DNA of 47,858 nucleotides from an uncultured Oscillospiraceae bacterium (GTDB taxonomy: Bacteria > Bacillota > Clostridia > Saccharofermentanales > UBA5734). Made by a program: the position numbers and the translations under genes. Below the pieces are notes generated by a model. That model made no database searches and was not told the origin of the DNA. It saw nothing but the letters and a program-made list of their open reading frames with translations. The number at the start of each line of letters is the position of its first letter. Positions within the stretch are counted from its first letter, which is position 1. Shown one piece after another: positions 45,041-47,858 of the stretch. The stretch lies in NCBI GenBank assembly GCA_964549475.1, contig CAZJXH010000002.1:1-47858 (forward strand), given 5' to 3'.

Positions 45041-46546
45041 ATGTTAATATCAAAGATTACTGTAAATAAAATGTTCACGATAGGAAATGTGGACAAACGT
45101 ATGTATAGTTCGTTTCTAGAACATGTAGGACGCGCTATATACGGAGGCATATATGAGCCAGAGAATCCAACTGCTGATGAGCACGGATTTCGCCGGGATG
45201 TGATGCAAGCTGTAAAAGAATTGAATATATCGGCTATCCGATATCCGGGAGGCAACTTCGTTTCTGGATATTGCTGGGAGGATGGTATCGGACCAAGAGA
45301 GCTTCGTCCTCGCAGACGCGATCTGGCATGGAGCTGTGTTGAGCCCAATCATGTGGGCACAGACGAATTCTGCAACTATTGCAAGAGGATGGACATCGAA
45401 CCTATTCTGGCGGTTAATCTGGGAACACGCGGAGCAGATGACGCGCGTAATCTATTGGAATATTGCAATGCGGAAAAAGGCACAAAATATGCCGATATGC
45501 GTATTGCTAACGGCTATATTTCTCCTTACAAGGTAAAAACATGGTGCCTCGGCAATGAGATGGACGGAGACTGGCAGATAGGGCACAAGACCGCGCAGGA
45601 ATACGGGCGCATAGCGTATGAAACTGCCAAGATAATGAAGCTGACTGACCCGGAGATCGAACTGGTACTCTGCGGTAGCTCCAGCCATCATATGCCGACC
45701 TTTCCCGATTGGGAGGCAAAGGTACTTGAGGAAGCTTATAACAGCGTGGACTATATTTCCATGCACAGTTACTATGAAAACAATGACGGAGATACCGCTT
45801 CGTTCGTGGCAAGTAATAGGGATATGGAGAGCTTCATAGAAGAGGTTGTTTCGACCTGTGATTATGTGAAAGCTAAAAAACACTCTTTAAAAGATATGAT
45901 GATCTCCTATGATGAGTGGAATGTCTGGTATCAGTTCAGCCGCTTTCAGCCTCACGCGTCATGGATAGCCTCACCGTCTTTGTTTGAAGATGTTTATAAC
46001 ATGGAGGATGTAATAACTGTCGGTGGTATGCTGATTACTCTTCTGCGACACTGTGACCGTGTGAAGATCGCATGTATTGCGCAGCTGGTCAATGTCATCT
46101 CGCCCATTATGACCGAAAACAAGGGCACCCTCTGGAAGCAGACGACCTATTATCCCTATTTGCATGTTTCCCGATACGGGCGTGGGACTGTTCTGCACAC
46201 ACTTTTGGAAAGTGCGATGTATGACTGTAAAAAATATGGAACAGTTCCGTATTTAGAGAGTGCGGCTGTTTTATGCGATGATGGTTCTTTAACCGTTTTC
46301 GCATGCAACCGTCATATGGAAGAAGAAATTGAAATGCAGATTAAGTTGCAGGAGTTTGAGAATTATGAAAGGCATGAGCATATCATATTGAATTGCGATG
46401 ACCGCTATAAATCAAATACCAAAGTAACGCCGCATGCGGTTATGCCATATACAGTTGATGATATTTTCCGGGAAGACAGTATCTATAAAGTAAAATTACC
46501 AGCGTTTTCGTGGAATGTCATCCGTTTGTACAGACAGGAGGGATAA
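45041..46546 (+). CDS. abfA: alpha-L-arabinofuranosidase, GH51 (second copy)
   Basis: Motifs present: VDKRMYSSFLEHVGRAIYGGIYEP, RYPGGNFVSGYCWEDGIGP, WCLGNEMDGDWQ and SYDEWNVW. It is collinear with the 27624-29147 product. Confidence 0.93.
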   Translation: MLISKITVNKMFTIGNVDKRMYSSFLEHVGRAIYGGIYEPENPTADEHGFRRDVMQAVKELNISAIRYPGGNFVSGYCWEDGIGPRELRPRRRDLAWSCVEPNHVGTDEFCNYCKRMDIEPILAVNLGTRGADDARNLLEYCNAEKGTKYADMRIANGYISPYKVKTWCLGNEMDGDWQIGHKTAQEYGRIAYETAKIMKLTDPEIELVLCGSSSHHMPTFPDWEAKVLEEAYNSVDYISMHSYYENNDGDTASFVASNRDMESFIEEVVSTCDYVKAKKHSLKDMMISYDEWNVWYQFSRFQPHASWIASPSLFEDVYNMEDVITVGGMLITLLRHCDRVKIACIAQLVNVISPIMTENKGTLWKQTTYYPYLHVSRYGRGTVLHTLLESAMYDCKKYGTVPYLESAAVLCDDGSLTVFACNRHMEEEIEMQIKLQEFENYERHEHIILNCDDRYKSNTKVTPHAVMPYTVDDIFREDSIYKVKLPAFSWNVIRLYRQEG

Positions 46547-46547
46547 G

Positions 46548-47858
46548 ATGCGATATATCGAAAAAATCGATAGAGAATGGCGATTTACACAGGGTAGAGG
46601 CGATTTGAAGGAGAGATATGTCGGAATGTGGGACGCTTATGGAACGACACGCAGCGGAAACCATTGCGACATGGCATGTGCCGGATATGATGACAGTGAA
46701 TGGCGGAATGTAACTTTACCTCATGATTGGATGACGGAGGTGGAATTCAGCAGAGATCATCTTGCAGCAGGAGGCTATAAGAAACGCGGAACAGGCTGGT
46801 ATCGGCGCGAATTCTTTATAGATGAGACTCATAGAGGAAGAAATATATCAATGGTTTTTGAAGGTATCGCAAATACTTGTGAAGTATATTTTAATGGCTC
46901 TTTGCTTGAACGCAATTTTAGTGCTTATAACGAGTTTTCAGTCGATTTGTCAGATAGAGTGCTGCCGGGACAGAGGAATGCTGTCGCGGTTTATGTTGAC
47001 GGTCGCGATATAGAGGGTTGGTGGTATGAAGGAGCCGGTATTTACAGACATGTGTGGCTTGTGACAAAGGATGACATACACTTTACTCATAATGGCTGCT
47101 TTATTTATCCGCAAAAAATAGAAAATGATTTATGGAGGATAAGGGCAAAGCTGTCTGTTGAGAATACTTCCTATATTGAAAAAAATGTAACCGCAAGGCT
47201 TGAGCTGTATAATGAAAACGGAGAATTTGCTGGTTCGGCAGAGACTCTTCTTGATATATCTCCTGAAAGCACACATACAGCGGAAATCTGCTGTATGCTT
47301 AAAAAACCGGAATTATGGGATATAGATACTCCAACACTTTATATGTCCAAGTGCAGACTGATGAATTCTCGGTATGAGCTTGATACCGAATGTGCTTTTT
47401 TTGGATGCAGAACCATTGAAGTATCCTCAGAAAATGGATTTATGCTTAACGGAAAGCGTTTACTGGTTCGTGGCACCTGCTGTCATCAGGATCACGCAGG
47501 AATAGGGATCGCCGTACCAGATACGATAGTAGAATACCGTATTCGTCTTCTAAAGGAAGCGGGCTTTAATGCCTATCGCAGCGCTCATCACCCACCGTCG
47601 CGCGCATTGCTGGATGCCTGTGACAGGCAAGGAATGATGATTATGGACGAAAACCGTCGTTTTGAAGGCAGCAGGGAGACAATAAGACAGCTTGAAGCGA
47701 TGATTTGTCGTGACAGGAATCATCCTTCTGTCGTATTTTATTCTCTGTTCAATGAGGAACCACTCGCGGCGACTGAAGCTGGTGGATGGCTTTTCCGCAG
47801 ACTTAAAAATACTGTGCTGAGGCTGGACGAAAGCCGACTTATCACCGGAGGGATGAAC
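46548..47858 (+). CDS. GH2 family glycoside hydrolase (beta-galactosidase/beta-glucuronidase-like), N-terminal 437 aa; 3' end lies outside the window
   Basis: The ATG lies 1 nt after the GH51 stop and about 7 nt after GGAGGGA. I translated it manually with no stop codon to the window end. Motifs present: EWRNVTLPHDW, GTGWYRREF, FNGSLLERNFSAYNEFSVDL, GIYRHVWL, FNAYRSAHHPP, HPSVVFYSLFNEEP. It is not listed in the ORF track. Confidence 0.88.
   Translation, partial: MRYIEKIDREWRFTQGRGDLKERYVGMWDAYGTTRSGNHCDMACAGYDDSEWRNVTLPHDWMTEVEFSRDHLAAGGYKKRGTGWYRREFFIDETHRGRNISMVFEGIANTCEVYFNGSLLERNFSAYNEFSVDLSDRVLPGQRNAVAVYVDGRDIEGWWYEGAGIYRHVWLVTKDDIHFTHNGCFIYPQKIENDLWRIRAKLSVENTSYIEKNVTARLELYNENGEFAGSAETLLDISPESTHTAEICCMLKKPELWDIDTPTLYMSKCRLMNSRYELDTECAFFGCRTIEVSSENGFMLNGKRLLVRGTCCHQDHAGIGIAVPDTIVEYRIRLLKEAGFNAYRSAHHPPSRALLDACDRQGMMIMDENRRFEGSRETIRQLEAMICRDRNHPSVVFYSLFNEEPLAATEAGGWLFRRLKNTVLRLDESRLITGGMN

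Overview
The window looks like chromosomal DNA from a low/mid-GC Gram-positive anaerobe (Firmicutes/Clostridia-like). Evidence: AGGAGG-type ribosome-binding sites, frequent TTG/GTG starts, lipoprotein solute-binding proteins and LacI-controlled sugar loci.

Gene content, left to right:
1. 3' end of a family-5 ABC solute-binding protein, then a SIS-domain protein.
2. A long same-strand block: aconitase, NADP-isocitrate dehydrogenase, a complete citrate lyase set (citD-E-F-X-C-G) and glutamate dehydrogenase.
3. A minus-strand LacI-MFS-DUF2804 operon.
4. An AT-rich spacer holding a small lmo0937-type membrane-protein gene (absent from the ORF track) and a perfect 30-bp inverted repeat.
5. An ECF-type sigma factor translationally coupled to an 830-aa single-pass membrane protein (putative anti-sigma/sensor).
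6. Arabinoside locus 1: LacI(-), GH127, ABC SBP plus two permeases, a paralogous LacI, GH51 and a 1053-aa GH31.
7. A patchwork segment: truncated GH4 gene, a TetR-controlled unit (SCP2-like protein, class-III aminotransferase, TetR, MFS), remnants of a Dam-type methylase, a tyrosine recombinase and an AbiEii toxin around an aldo/keto reductase.
8. Arabinoside locus 2: LacI(-), aldo/keto reductase, ABC SBP plus two permeases, a second GH51 and a GH2 that runs off the right edge (also absent from the ORF track).

I found no rRNA, tRNA, CRISPR array or intact mobile element.

I do not see an unambiguous new system. The best candidates for uncharacterised biology are the LacI-MFS-DUF2804 operon, the sigma/830-aa sensor pair, the TetR-controlled SCP2-like/aminotransferase/MFS unit, the nested 30-bp palindrome and the decayed island around 37.7-39.5 kb. 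All family assignments come from reading the translations and recalling family motifs; no searches were run.
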